A DNA stretch of 49,253 nt, filler included, from Stramenopiles sp. TOSAG23-2 (GCA_900128395.1; 2 parts of 2 records of this genome joined end to end with filler, not necessarily neighbours in it), one strand, 5' to 3'. Positions 34,062 through 44,596 are shown, numbered from the whole stretch's first letter. Made by a program: numbers and translations. The notes: generated by a model from the sequence alone, not told the origin.

Positions 34062-35906
34062 ATGTATTATCTATCGGAAAATGATTTGCAAATCATGCAG
34101 AATGAAAAACAGATGAAAAAAGATAAATATGATAATCATATGAGGACGGAAGAGGAAATTAAACTTACTACTCCAGATGGTGGGGTTATAGACTTATTGA
34201 ATGAAGTGCAGCGCATACGACAAAACAGATTTCATTACTTACAAAATAATTTTTTCGAGCATGAGCAAGAGTTGAAGCATTTACTGGATCCGAATACAGG
34301 AAGAATTCAAGCGCAATTGGACTATGATAGAAATAAACTTATGATTGATTTAATACCAATTGATACAAATGATAATATGAATGAAAGAATGCTACGAGAA
34401 AGGTTTCGTCAAAGTGAAAAACGAGACCATACATATCGCAACAACAACAACAACAACAACAATAATGATAACTATGTAACAAGTAATAACAATCGAGGAA
34501 GGAATGATGATTATCCACGGGTAGCTGCTTCAAAACAACAAGATATTTATTTTCAATATGCAGCACCGCAAAATAGATACACCGAATTACTTCAAAAAGA
34601 AATAAATGAAAAAAATCGTCAGTTAAATTATAATGATAATAATAAAAATGTAAATAATATAAATAATAACCCATTCTTTGCAACAACAACAAGAAGAGTT
34701 GGTGTGAATAATAATAATAATAACAACAACAACAACAACATGTCATATTTAGATAGAGATAATCTTCAAACAGATGGAAATAAGAATAGTAATCATATTG
34801 ATAATGATTATCAAAAATTTACCTATTCATTTGGTAAACATCATAAGAAATCAATATTGGATCCAACACAAACATATAATTTTAAAAATCCCAGAAGTAA
34901 AGGAGCGAAAAAAAAACATTATTTAAATAAGATGAAATCTAACAGGGAAAAAATCAATAAGTTGAGAATGAATACAATAAATAATAATAAGAACAATAGG
35001 GCTTCATTTCTTGAAAGTAAAAGAAGAAATTTCTTAGATAGTGATGATAGTGATGATTTATATTCTTCAGATAGTGCATCGTTAACATCATTCTCGTCAA
35101 GTTCATCTTCGTCATCATCATCAGATTCTGATAGTAATAGCGATGAAGAAGATGAAAGTAAAACATCAGGTAATACTACGGAGAAGAAGAAGAAAAAGAA
35201 GAAAAAAAAGAAGAAGAAGAGAAAGAGTAAGGGAAAATATCATCATGGACATAGAAGTAAAAGTCCTTCTAATGATTTAAATACATCGCATCGTCGTAAT
35301 AATAACAAGGATAGTCTTTTGAATCGAAAGAAAAAGAAAAAGAAAGGATATACTGAAATATTACGTGAACGACGTGGTGGCCCAATTATAACAGAAGATG
35401 AAGAAGATGATGAAACAGATGAGGGTATTTATATGTATAAACAATGTGCTTTGGTGCATGAAGATGGAGGTGATACACGTATTGTATCCATCTATGATGG
35501 ATTAACAACATATTATATAAATGAATGGAAAACTATTGAACCGGAAAGAGAAAACCATAAAGGTTTTTATGTATACTCAATGAAAGAGGAAGCACTAAGA
35601 GCAATATTTCCAAGAAACTCCAGATTAAAAGAAAATCCACGAGTATTATTAAAAGTATTAGTACCACATGATAGTATCGACCATATTGACCGTGATATCT
35701 ATGTGTGTACTCGTTTAAAACCGAAGAAAATTTGGGATATATGTTTAGATGATGAAGATGATCAAAGTCAATTTAGTGGTAGAGGTTTATATGGTGGCAT
35801 ATTTCATAAAAGTCGTAGCAATACTACGTATGATTCATTCGGTGCTACAAAGGGAGTAAAAAAATGGAAAATAGTGGAATGGAATCATTCTGGTATTTGG
35901 AAATAA
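34062..35906 (+). CDS. Hypothetical low-complexity protein with a compact C-terminal globular domain
   Basis: 614-aa ORF with poly-N/S/K tracts, followed by YKQCALV..SIYDG..Y..GFYVY..FP..SRL..PRVLLKV. Confidence 0.75.
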   Translation: MYYLSENDLQIMQNEKQMKKDKYDNHMRTEEEIKLTTPDGGVIDLLNEVQRIRQNRFHYLQNNFFEHEQELKHLLDPNTGRIQAQLDYDRNKLMIDLIPIDTNDNMNERMLRERFRQSEKRDHTYRNNNNNNNNNDNYVTSNNNRGRNDDYPRVAASKQQDIYFQYAAPQNRYTELLQKEINEKNRQLNYNDNNKNVNNINNNPFFATTTRRVGVNNNNNNNNNNNMSYLDRDNLQTDGNKNSNHIDNDYQKFTYSFGKHHKKSILDPTQTYNFKNPRSKGAKKKHYLNKMKSNREKINKLRMNTINNNKNNRASFLESKRRNFLDSDDSDDLYSSDSASLTSFSSSSSSSSSSDSDSNSDEEDESKTSGNTTEKKKKKKKKKKKKRKSKGKYHHGHRSKSPSNDLNTSHRRNNNKDSLLNRKKKKKKGYTEILRERRGGPIITEDEEDDETDEGIYMYKQCALVHEDGGDTRIVSIYDGLTTYYINEWKTIEPERENHKGFYVYSMKEEALRAIFPRNSRLKENPRVLLKVLVPHDSIDHIDRDIYVCTRLKPKKIWDICLDDEDDQSQFSGRGLYGGIFHKSRSNTTYDSFGATKGVKKWKIVEWNHSGIWK

Positions 35907-36051
35907 AATAATATGATACGTATGCATATGCATACGAACGTAAATAATTAACGGCGTACACTCTCACATACTTCTCGTATAAATATATATTATATAATAT
36001 GCATATATACATATATTATACGAACGTAGATGATGGAAATAATTTTAATTT

Positions 36052-36978
36052 TTATACATTACCTTTTGCCAATTGTTGCTTATAAAATTCTGCCGCAAAT
36101 TTAAATAATTCCGGTCCATCAAGCTTATTTCCTGGGTCACCTCCTCCTCCTTGCTGATTTACTCCTGCAAGTAATTGTTGTTGTTGTTGTTGATTCATAT
36201 GTTGTAATCCTGTTAATTGTGTACCTTGTTTTGTCATTGGACAATCAACAATTCTAAATCCACTGATTTGTAAATGCCCAGATGGAACTAATGGATTAAC
36301 AACAGGCCCACGATTTTCACAATCAATAAGTGCTTCTTTATCAACTGCAGAAATTAAATCAATACTTTTACCTTCAAAATTTAACAAAAAATTGCCTGGG
36401 CCATGATAACGTCCTGGTTGTACATAAATTTTTGCATGATCTGCTGCACGATTAATAGCTTGTTGTACGCTACCACATGGCCTATTTGGTTTTCCACAAC
36501 TTTCTACCAGCGATCCAAATTCAGCAACATAAACCACGTTCAAACGAGCACGTTTCTTTTTCGGCAATTTACGCAGTTTTTCACTCAGTTTTGGCTCTCT
36601 TGTATCGATTATAACATGCATTGGACTCTTATTTATATCACTATCAACAGGTTTTAACCATTGGTTTTCATTTGTTTTTGTGTTTACATAATAATATTCT
36701 CCAACATCTTCTGAATATAGACGTTTCCAACCATGTGGCAAGCCATTGCTGTCACTATTGCACTTTTCATATGGATATGTCCAAGTAGTTTCTTTTGTCT
36801 TTGCATTGTAATAATATGCTCTCTCTTCTTCATCTGAATAATATTCAAACCATCCTTCCCGTAAATTATTTTCACCACTACAATTAATATTATTACTACT
36901 TCCATTGACATTGTGACTATGTAGCAATAGTACAATAAATGCAACGATGCATATTATTGCATATGAACTTGACTTCAT
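36052..36978 (-). CDS. Signal-peptide protein with two WW domains and a pectin-lyase-like (DUF1565-type) N-cap module
   Basis: WW domains GWFEYYSDEEERAYYYNAKTKETTWTYP and LPHGWKRLYSEDVGEYYYVNTKTNENQWLKP, then VYVA..CG...PCGSVQQAI..IYVQPGRY. Confidence 0.8.
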   Translation of the reverse strand: MKSSSYAIICIVAFIVLLLHSHNVNGSSNNINCSGENNLREGWFEYYSDEEERAYYYNAKTKETTWTYPYEKCNSDSNGLPHGWKRLYSEDVGEYYYVNTKTNENQWLKPVDSDINKSPMHVIIDTREPKLSEKLRKLPKKKRARLNVVYVAEFGSLVESCGKPNRPCGSVQQAINRAADHAKIYVQPGRYHGPGNFLLNFEGKSIDLISAVDKEALIDCENRGPVVNPLVPSGHLQISGFRIVDCPMTKQGTQLTGLQHMNQQQQQQLLAGVNQQGGGGDPGNKLDGPELFKFAAEFYKQQLAKGNV

Positions 36979-37366
36979 ATTTTATATCTACCTCCTCTGT
37001 TATTGCTAACAAATATATATATATAATAATAATATTGGTTATACCACATATATATATGTACAATGTATTGTATGTTTATCTACACGTATGAACTACACGT
37101 ACATCTATTTATATTTTATATCTTTTTTCAATTTTGACATTTTTTTATTAAATTTTGATGCAATAAAATATAATGGCACACTATTGTATTTTTTAATGTA
37201 AAAATGAACAAATAAAATCACATAAAATCTACATAGTATATTGTACTTATTAGTATATATACACACGAATGTAAATAAAAAAAAAGTGTGTGGAAGACCA
37301 GATTTTGGATTTTGAACGATGTATAATAAGGTTTTCGGCATGATTTTTGAGAACGGCAATAACATT

Positions 37367-37447
37367 ATTCACTATGGGGGAAATATTATTATATACATAC
37401 ATTTACATTTTTAACAATATTCTAATTCACTATGGGGGAAATATTAT
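37367..37447. repeat. 23-bp direct repeat ATTCACTATGGGGGAAATATTAT x2
   Basis: Copies at 37367-37389 and 37425-37447. Confidence 0.85.
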
Positions 37448-37510
37448 ATTATATATAAAATTTAATAGACACTTTAACTTAACCATATATTTTGTTCTAA
37501 AATAGCCTTT

Positions 37511-37539
37511 GTACTGGCGTAGCCAGTACTCCCCCCTAG
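37511..37539 (+). mobile_element. Candidate Helitron 3' terminus (hairpin + CTAG)
   Basis: Perfect stem-loop GTACTGGC-GTA-GCCAGTAC (37511-37529), then TCCCCCCTAG followed by T. Confidence 0.5.
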
Positions 37540-37576
37540 TACGCACCTATAATAATAATATATTGTATTATTGACG

Positions 37577-38110
37577 ATGGCTTTTGCTGTAAAATTAGGT
37601 ATATTAGTCATTAAAGCTGTTACAAAACCATTTGCGAAAAAAATTAAAAATACAAAAGATAAAGATTTACAACGTTTGTGTATAAATGTAGGTCAATTTC
37701 AAAATAAATATATGACATTAGTGAATTTACGAATGTCCGGAATAAAAGCTAAAAAGGTAAAACCTCTGACTGATGAAAAAGCATTAAGTCTTGGTTCGGA
37801 AATTGTATCAGAAGGCACTATATTAGGTGTTAGTGGAACGTTGTTAGCATTAGAATATTGGCGACGCGATGTAACAGCTGAAAAAAAAAAGAAGAACTTG
37901 CAAAAAGAAAAAAATGAACGTAGAAAGAAAAAATTATTGGATTTAGAAGCTAAATTTCAACCTTTGTATGAAAAAATGGAACAACTTGAAAATGAAATAA
38001 AAGAATTAAAATTAAAAGAAGAAGAAAGAAACAATAATAATAAGAAACAGCCGACAAACATAAATAATTCATCATGGTGGACATCATGGTTAGTTTTTGA
38101 AAGAGGATGA
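37577..38110 (+). CDS. OPA3: OPA3-like mitochondrial protein
   Basis: KLGILVIKAVTKPFA..C..GQ..VKPLTDEKALSLGSEIVSE..LALEYWR followed by a coiled-coil tail. Confidence 0.9.
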   Translation: MAFAVKLGILVIKAVTKPFAKKIKNTKDKDLQRLCINVGQFQNKYMTLVNLRMSGIKAKKVKPLTDEKALSLGSEIVSEGTILGVSGTLLALEYWRRDVTAEKKKKNLQKEKNERRKKKLLDLEAKFQPLYEKMEQLENEIKELKLKEEERNNNNKKQPTNINNSSWWTSWLVFERG

Positions 38111-38524
38111 TAGTAATATTAGTATACTTACGTCTTGTATATATTCACACAATGTAAAAACACAGAGAGAAAAAATAAAAAAACAAAATGCCACACATGC
38201 ACCTGAAAAATAAAACACAAATTGTTTCGACAACAACTCGATTAAACTTTAAATATGATATTATAGTTAAGTGCTTGATAATGCACTCATGCCAGCACGA
38301 TATTTAAAATAATATTTTAAAAAATATGGGAAAAATATATATTGATACCTGAAAAATAAAAATTTCATTTTTACACATACTTCGTACCCCGTGTGTGTTA
38401 TTATCATAGTAATAACACACGCACACACTTCTCTCCAGGATCATGTCTCTTCTTCCACAGACCATCATTTACATATCCCCCACATATATACGTATTATAT
38501 GTACTTCTCGTATATATACACATT

Positions 38525-39667
38525 TTACATGGTTGCTTTTTTTTGAAAGTCTGCAATACTATTCATCATGACTTCATATGTTTCTTCATTTGGATCATTT
38601 TCAAATTTCTTTGCTGTTTTTGGTGTAACAATTTTTCCAAAACATAAATCCATTGCTAATTGTGCTTTTTCACATTCATCTTCTGATTGACAATTTTGTA
38701 ATTGCATTGCTGGCTTTTCACATTTTGTTTTAAGTAGTTGTATCGTATTAAATACATCGTTTGAAGATAATTCTGGTCCAACTGTTTTAATTTCGCTATT
38801 ACTATTTTTATCTTTATTATCATTATTTTCATCAGACATGAAAAACATTTTTGCACGATCAACGATACTACCAAATGAATCCAACGCTGGTCTTGTAACC
38901 ATTGTAATAGATTTAATATCTGTATTTGATCTTAAATGCGGTACTTTGGTATCATTAATACTTTCATCATGATAATAATCAATAATGTAACGTACTTTCT
39001 TTCCACAACGGTCTATCGTCCAATCGTGACGATCAAATGGCTCTTGTCCATATACCAATTTTCTAAATTGTGCCATTGGACTTAATTCATCTGGACGTCC
39101 AATAAATCGTAATAATTTTGGATCTGGACATTCATCACAATGAAATGTTTTTTCCCATTTCATCACTTGTTTCCACGTCCTTTCATTCATATTATTATGT
39201 ATCGCAACAATCGTTTCAACATCATCCTCATCAACACCTTCCCCTTTGCCTTTTCTATTCAATGCATTGTAAAACATTTGCGGCGATGGATATGTCCATG
39301 TATCATCATCTGTTCCACCTTTTGGAATCGATGATTTTACACGTGAAGTTTCAATAGGTCTTCTTTGTCCTTCACGTGGTAATTGATTTGGATTTGCAGG
39401 CATATTATTTTTAGGATCAATAGGTTGGCTATACACATTAAACAATGTCGATCCTTTTTTCACTGGGCATTTTGATTCCGTTGATTTGTTACTATTTGTT
39501 GTAGTATTACTATTTTTCGTATCATCATTGTTCTTATTTCCATTCTCTTCTTTTTTCTTTTTAATAACAGGACAAAATGAAGCTAAACCACTGTTACTAC
39601 TATTACTATTATTGTCTTTATTTTCATATGATTTATATGCTTCAACACGCATACTTATATTTCCCAT
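38525..39667 (-). CDS. HCCS: Cytochrome c-type heme lyase (holocytochrome c synthase) with a C-terminal extension
   Basis: Two CPV heme-regulatory motifs, plus WTYPSPQMFYNALNRKG, IHNNMNERTW, PFDRHDW, VRYIIDYY and RPALDS. Confidence 0.95.
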   Translation of the reverse strand: MGNISMRVEAYKSYENKDNNSNSSNSGLASFCPVIKKKKEENGNKNNDDTKNSNTTTNSNKSTESKCPVKKGSTLFNVYSQPIDPKNNMPANPNQLPREGQRRPIETSRVKSSIPKGGTDDDTWTYPSPQMFYNALNRKGKGEGVDEDDVETIVAIHNNMNERTWKQVMKWEKTFHCDECPDPKLLRFIGRPDELSPMAQFRKLVYGQEPFDRHDWTIDRCGKKVRYIIDYYHDESINDTKVPHLRSNTDIKSITMVTRPALDSFGSIVDRAKMFFMSDENNDNKDKNSNSEIKTVGPELSSNDVFNTIQLLKTKCEKPAMQLQNCQSEDECEKAQLAMDLCFGKIVTPKTAKKFENDPNEETYEVMMNSIADFQKKATM

Positions 39668-40391
39668 GATGATGATGATGCTGTTGGTTTAATTTCTTTA
39701 TTGTTGTTGTTATAAATAAAAATCTTGTATATGTATGTATATTGAAATGATATGGTTCTTTGTTCTTTTTGACACAATGATATGTTTCTACTATTCTTTC
39801 TGCTTTTATGTTTTTGTTCGATCATTATTGGATATATATAGTCTAACGTTTATCACAGGCCCGGCACCAGAAATTTGTGTGTCATTTCCACGTATATAGA
39901 AGCTCGATTGTTGAGAGGGCACGGAATTAGCAGCAGCAGCTTTATAGCTTCAGCTGGAATTATGTGGAATATAATAGAATTGCACAATTAGAATGGATTT
40001 CTCTCTGATTTCGCCAGAGAGAATTTCGCTGCCGCTCATAATTTAAGGTGTGGTATATAGCTAAAGTACACAAGTATAAGAATAGTATACTTAAACTTAC
40101 AAATCAAAAACCATGAGCTAATACGTATGTGATGATGAGAGTCTGAAAATCTGAAAATCAATGGTGGTGGTGGTATATTGATCAAATGAGGAAGAATAAT
40201 TGTGTCATCACGAACCATCAAACTGTACTTGACATGAGTGAAGAATGCAAAACACAGAGAGTGTGGTACAATAATATCAACAACAGCAATTTTATAATAT
40301 CAAGAAGATAGAAAGTAATATTGACAACTTAAAAACACACAGACTGCAACCTGTCTACATATACATACAAAAATAAATACACATTCACATA

Positions 40392-41945
40392 ATGCAATTA
40401 GCAAATAATAATAAAAAAAAATCAAGTAAACGTAAAGGTACAAACTCATCCAATAGTTCCAATACAAAAATACGTTCATCTTTGACAAACAAGAATAGCA
40501 ACGGCAATAGCAATAATGGTAATAGCAACACTTCAAAAACGGATTTAAAATTTGAAGATGGTGGATTTCCAGATATTATTGTTGAAGATGAAGTAGTAAA
40601 TAATGATAATGAGTTTGCCATGCCACAAAAAATGCCTTCAGCAAACAATAATAATAAGAGTGATAATAATAATAATAATAATAATGATAATAACAATACA
40701 ACACGTGTATATCGACCAGGGAAAGATACAATGGGTGAAGATGAAAAACTTGATTTTGATCCTACTGCATATAAATTATACCATTCGATGACAGCAAGCT
40801 GGCCATGTCTAACATTTGATATTGTCCGTGATCGTTTAGGTGTTGGAAGAAAACGTTTCCCAGTAACTATGTACATGGCTGCTGGTACGCAAGCAGATAA
40901 ACCAGAAAATAATGAAATTATATTGATGAAATTAAGTGATTTACATAAAGTTCAACGAGAGTATGATGAAGAGGATGAAGAGGATGAAGATGATGCAGAT
41001 GATTTAGACGAGGATCCAATTTTAATATCTAAATCTATTAAACATATTGGTGGTGTAAATCGTCTACGTTCAATGCCACAAAGTCCAAATATTATATCCA
41101 CATGGAGTGATACCGGTGCAGTACATATATACGATGCAGAGGTACAACTTAAAAGTTTAGATGGACCAGCATTGCCTGGATCCAAACAAGCATCAGAAAT
41201 GCCTATTTATACATTTTCTGGACATGGTCAAGAAGGATATGCAATGGATTGGTCAAAAGCACATCCAGGGCGTTTGATTACAGGCGATTGCAACCGGAAT
41301 ATACATTTATTTGAACCAGTTGGAAATGCAAATGCACCATCATGGGGCATTAATAGCAGCACCCCATTTTCAGGCCATACGGCATCTGTGGAAGATTTAC
41401 AATGGAGTCCAACAGAGAAAACGGTCTTTGCATCTTGTAGTATGGATCGAAGTATTAGAATCTGGGATACAAGGCAACATGACAAATCGCAATTAGTTGT
41501 ACAAGAAGCGCATGATCAAGATGTGAATGTATTGTCATGGAATAGTTTGGTTGGATTTTTATTAGCTAGTGGTGGTGATGATGGAGCATTTAAAGTATGG
41601 GATTTACGTAATTTTAAAGCTGATACGCCTGTTGCGCATTTTAAATATCATCTAGCACCTATTACAAGTGTTGAATGGAGTCCAACGGAGGATAGTGTAG
41701 TAGCAGTCAGTGGTGCTGATGATCAAGTATCGATATGGGATATGTCATTAGAAGAAGATAGAGAGGAACAAGGGATGATACAATCTGGACAAATAGAAGG
41801 CATCGATGATTTACCTCCACAATTATTATTTGTACATCAAGGACAACGTGATATTAAAGAGATTCATTTTCATCCACAAGTTCCTGGTGTTATTGTTAGT
41901 ACAGCAGGGGATGGGTTCAATGTATTTCGAAGTTGTAACATGTAA
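40392..41945 (+). CDS. GRWD1: Glutamate-rich WD repeat protein 1 (Rrb1)
   Basis: WPCLTFDIVRD, AGTQA, GHGQEGYAMDWS, SVEDLQWSPTE and LPPQLLFVHQGQRDIKEIHFHPQ. Confidence 0.95.
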   Translation: MQLANNNKKKSSKRKGTNSSNSSNTKIRSSLTNKNSNGNSNNGNSNTSKTDLKFEDGGFPDIIVEDEVVNNDNEFAMPQKMPSANNNNKSDNNNNNNNDNNNTTRVYRPGKDTMGEDEKLDFDPTAYKLYHSMTASWPCLTFDIVRDRLGVGRKRFPVTMYMAAGTQADKPENNEIILMKLSDLHKVQREYDEEDEEDEDDADDLDEDPILISKSIKHIGGVNRLRSMPQSPNIISTWSDTGAVHIYDAEVQLKSLDGPALPGSKQASEMPIYTFSGHGQEGYAMDWSKAHPGRLITGDCNRNIHLFEPVGNANAPSWGINSSTPFSGHTASVEDLQWSPTEKTVFASCSMDRSIRIWDTRQHDKSQLVVQEAHDQDVNVLSWNSLVGFLLASGGDDGAFKVWDLRNFKADTPVAHFKYHLAPITSVEWSPTEDSVVAVSGADDQVSIWDMSLEEDREEQGMIQSGQIEGIDDLPPQLLFVHQGQRDIKEIHFHPQVPGVIVSTAGDGFNVFRSCNM

Positions 41946-42059
41946 AATATATATATTTTTTAATACGACACTTTTGAGAGGACAAAATATATTTTTTAAA
42001 ATACTTTTACGTCGTAAAATTATATATATATCAAATAGAATATACATTTATTCTGTTCT

Positions 42060-43013
42060 TTAATTCTTATTTTTCATCTTCTTCTTTTTCTTCCCTTTTT
42101 TCTTTTTCTTTTTCTTTTCTTGTTTCATTTTATTTTTAGCTGGTTTATTAATATCATCATAACCTGGTAAATCACGATCAACTAGGCGAACTTGATGTGC
42201 AAATTCTGAATCCGCAACTATTTTAATAAATTTTGTACCTTTATAATATTCAACAGTCTCATCATCAATTAATTCAACTGCTTCCATTGCATGTGGTGAA
42301 GCCATTGCTTGCACTTGTATTTCTGCAGCTCTTGTAATATACCACAGTCGTGTAAATGCTTCTGCTATTGTTCTACCAGTTGTTAATACACCATGATTTT
42401 TTAATAATAATATATCAGAATTACCCATGCTTGTTGCCATTTCCCTGCATTCCGGAACCGTCGCAGCTGGTCCATATGGGTGTGAAGTAACTTCACCAGC
42501 CAACAAATGAGTTTGGGATAATGGTAAAAAACCACATTTCATACTTGCTAACGCAATTACATTTTTTTCATGCGTATGCATTACACATATAGCATCCTCT
42601 CGCGCTTGATGTATCGCACTATGAATAGCAAATCCAGCAAAGTTCACAGTCGAACCCATAGAACCCTCTTCAAGAACATTGCCCTCATGATCTATTTTAA
42701 CAAGAGATGCCGCTGTTACTTCTTCAAAACCTTGACCATATGAATTGATTAAAAATTGATTTCTTTCACCTGGTACACGCACAGTTAAATGGTTTTGAAT
42801 CCCATCGTCCCAACCTAATCTAGCAACTGCACGATAGGCAGCTGCTAATTGCACTCTTAACTCCGCTTCCGTAGTTGGTGTTTTAATACCATGCGTTGGA
42901 TTAAACTTATATTTTTTTTCTTCTCTTCGTTCATAATTTGCATCTCCTTCCACCAATGGACTTGATTCAATTGGACCAGCAGTTTGATTTATATTTAAAA
43001 ATACGCGCGACAT
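42060..43013 (-). CDS. Class II aldolase/adducin family protein
   Basis: LRVQLAAAYR, NHLTVRVP, VTAASLVKID, IHSAIH, HTH and LLKNHG (metal-binding His residues). Probable ATG at 43013. Confidence 0.9.
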   Translation of the reverse strand: MSRVFLNINQTAGPIESSPLVEGDANYERREEKKYKFNPTHGIKTPTTEAELRVQLAAAYRAVARLGWDDGIQNHLTVRVPGERNQFLINSYGQGFEEVTAASLVKIDHEGNVLEEGSMGSTVNFAGFAIHSAIHQAREDAICVMHTHEKNVIALASMKCGFLPLSQTHLLAGEVTSHPYGPAATVPECREMATSMGNSDILLLKNHGVLTTGRTIAEAFTRLWYITRAAEIQVQAMASPHAMEAVELIDDETVEYYKGTKFIKIVADSEFAHQVRLVDRDLPGYDDINKPAKNKMKQEKKKKKKKGKKKKKMKNKN

Positions 43014-43412
43014 GAAGATGATAAACAATATATAATACTTCAATATTGTTTCCTTTTGTTGTCGTTAGTTGCTAAAAGTGTCTTTCTAATGGTGCAATGC
43101 ATGTATATAACTTTAACCAAAATGATGTTTGTTTTGTGTTGCTATAGTGGTGTGGGGGCGGGGCTATAGTAGCATAACGAGGACATATTTAATATAAAAT
43201 ATCGTAGTGTAATGCTAGATTGTAGAGGAAGATTAGATTACCTTAAAAAGTGTATGTATGATAAATCTCCCCAAAGAGACTTTGATCTCCCTCGCCACCA
43301 CCACAATAATGTCTATTCTCATCATCATCATCTTCCCTTATATATATATGTATGTATATATACATAGATCCATATATAGATACGTACATGTTTTATTTAA
43401 TATAAATGTATA

Positions 43413-44015
43413 TCATATATGATTTCCAATCCAATTTAAAATCAATTTACCAAATTTAAGACCATCGTTCACATTTGAAAAAGATGTTTCCATATACGTT
43501 AAATTGATTTTATCATTTTGTTTCAATTCATTAAAACATAATATGTTTGAAATTTCAATTTCAGATAATCTATTTACACAATCTATTTTATTATTTACAA
43601 TTAAAATTGGGAAATTTGTATCGTTTGGTGGTAATTGATTTAATATTTTAAAAAATTCAATGGTTGATTCTGTTATTTGTGTATGATTACTACTATCAAT
43701 AATATATATCAAACAAAAACAATCTCTTGAATAAACTTTCCACATAGGTATCATTGGTGATCCAACTTCTCGTACGCGTATATTACGTTTTTTATTTGTA
43801 CTATTATGTATACCATTTAAACGCAAGACATCAATTTCAACCCCAACCGTTGATTGAGATTGCAACGATGGTATTTTATCCATATCGTTATTAAATTTAT
43901 TATTATTATTATTATTATCGTTACCATATGTAATTTTTCTTAAATAACGTAATATATGTGATTTTCCAACATTACCACAACCTAATAATAGTACATCCGC
44001 ATTTCTTGTTGCCAT
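43413..44015 (-). CDS. ARL16: ADP-ribosylation factor-like protein 16
   Basis: P-loop GCGNVGKS, STVG, the ARL16-type atypical G3 REVG..M.P.W, and NKID. Confidence 0.8.
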   Translation of the reverse strand: MATRNADVLLLGCGNVGKSHILRYLRKITYGNDNNNNNNKFNNDMDKIPSLQSQSTVGVEIDVLRLNGIHNSTNKKRNIRVREVGSPMIPMWKVYSRDCFCLIYIIDSSNHTQITESTIEFFKILNQLPPNDTNFPILIVNNKIDCVNRLSEIEISNILCFNELKQNDKINLTYMETSFSNVNDGLKFGKLILNWIGNHI

Positions 44016-44596
44016 GTTTTGATAACAACAATACGACGATACTTTTAACAAAAGTACAAAATAAAATTGTCTTTACGATGCAATCAAATGTAATGCGATG
44101 ATATAAAAAGAGAAAAGAGTTTTTCTTTTGTGTATATTTATGATGTATTCATATTTTTATCACTATAGATATAGTTAAAATAGTATAATTATTTTGAAAT
44201 AAATACTGATTATTGCTAGGATTGCGTGCTTGTTGAAAATAAAAAATAGCACAAACTACCGAGTTAAGAATAGGGTTCTACGTTGAAATAAAAAAAAAGA
44301 AGGTTAAGTCGGAAGCTCCTACCAGTAGTCAGTAGTATTAATATGTACTTATTCTAGAATAATAAAAACAAAAGCAAAAGGAATTCTGAATTATTATAGA
44401 CAAGCGCCTCGTACCCTCGGCTGTTAGGCGAATTGCCAACTGGATTGAAGGCACGCGCGCATGTAATATTATCCACCTGCTATATAGCAGTAGCTTTGCT
44501 GAACCAAAGCCTCGTGGCACCTCCGATTAAATAGCAGGTGTGTACAAAGGTGGTATATAAATATATATACTATACCACAATTACAAAATATATAAC

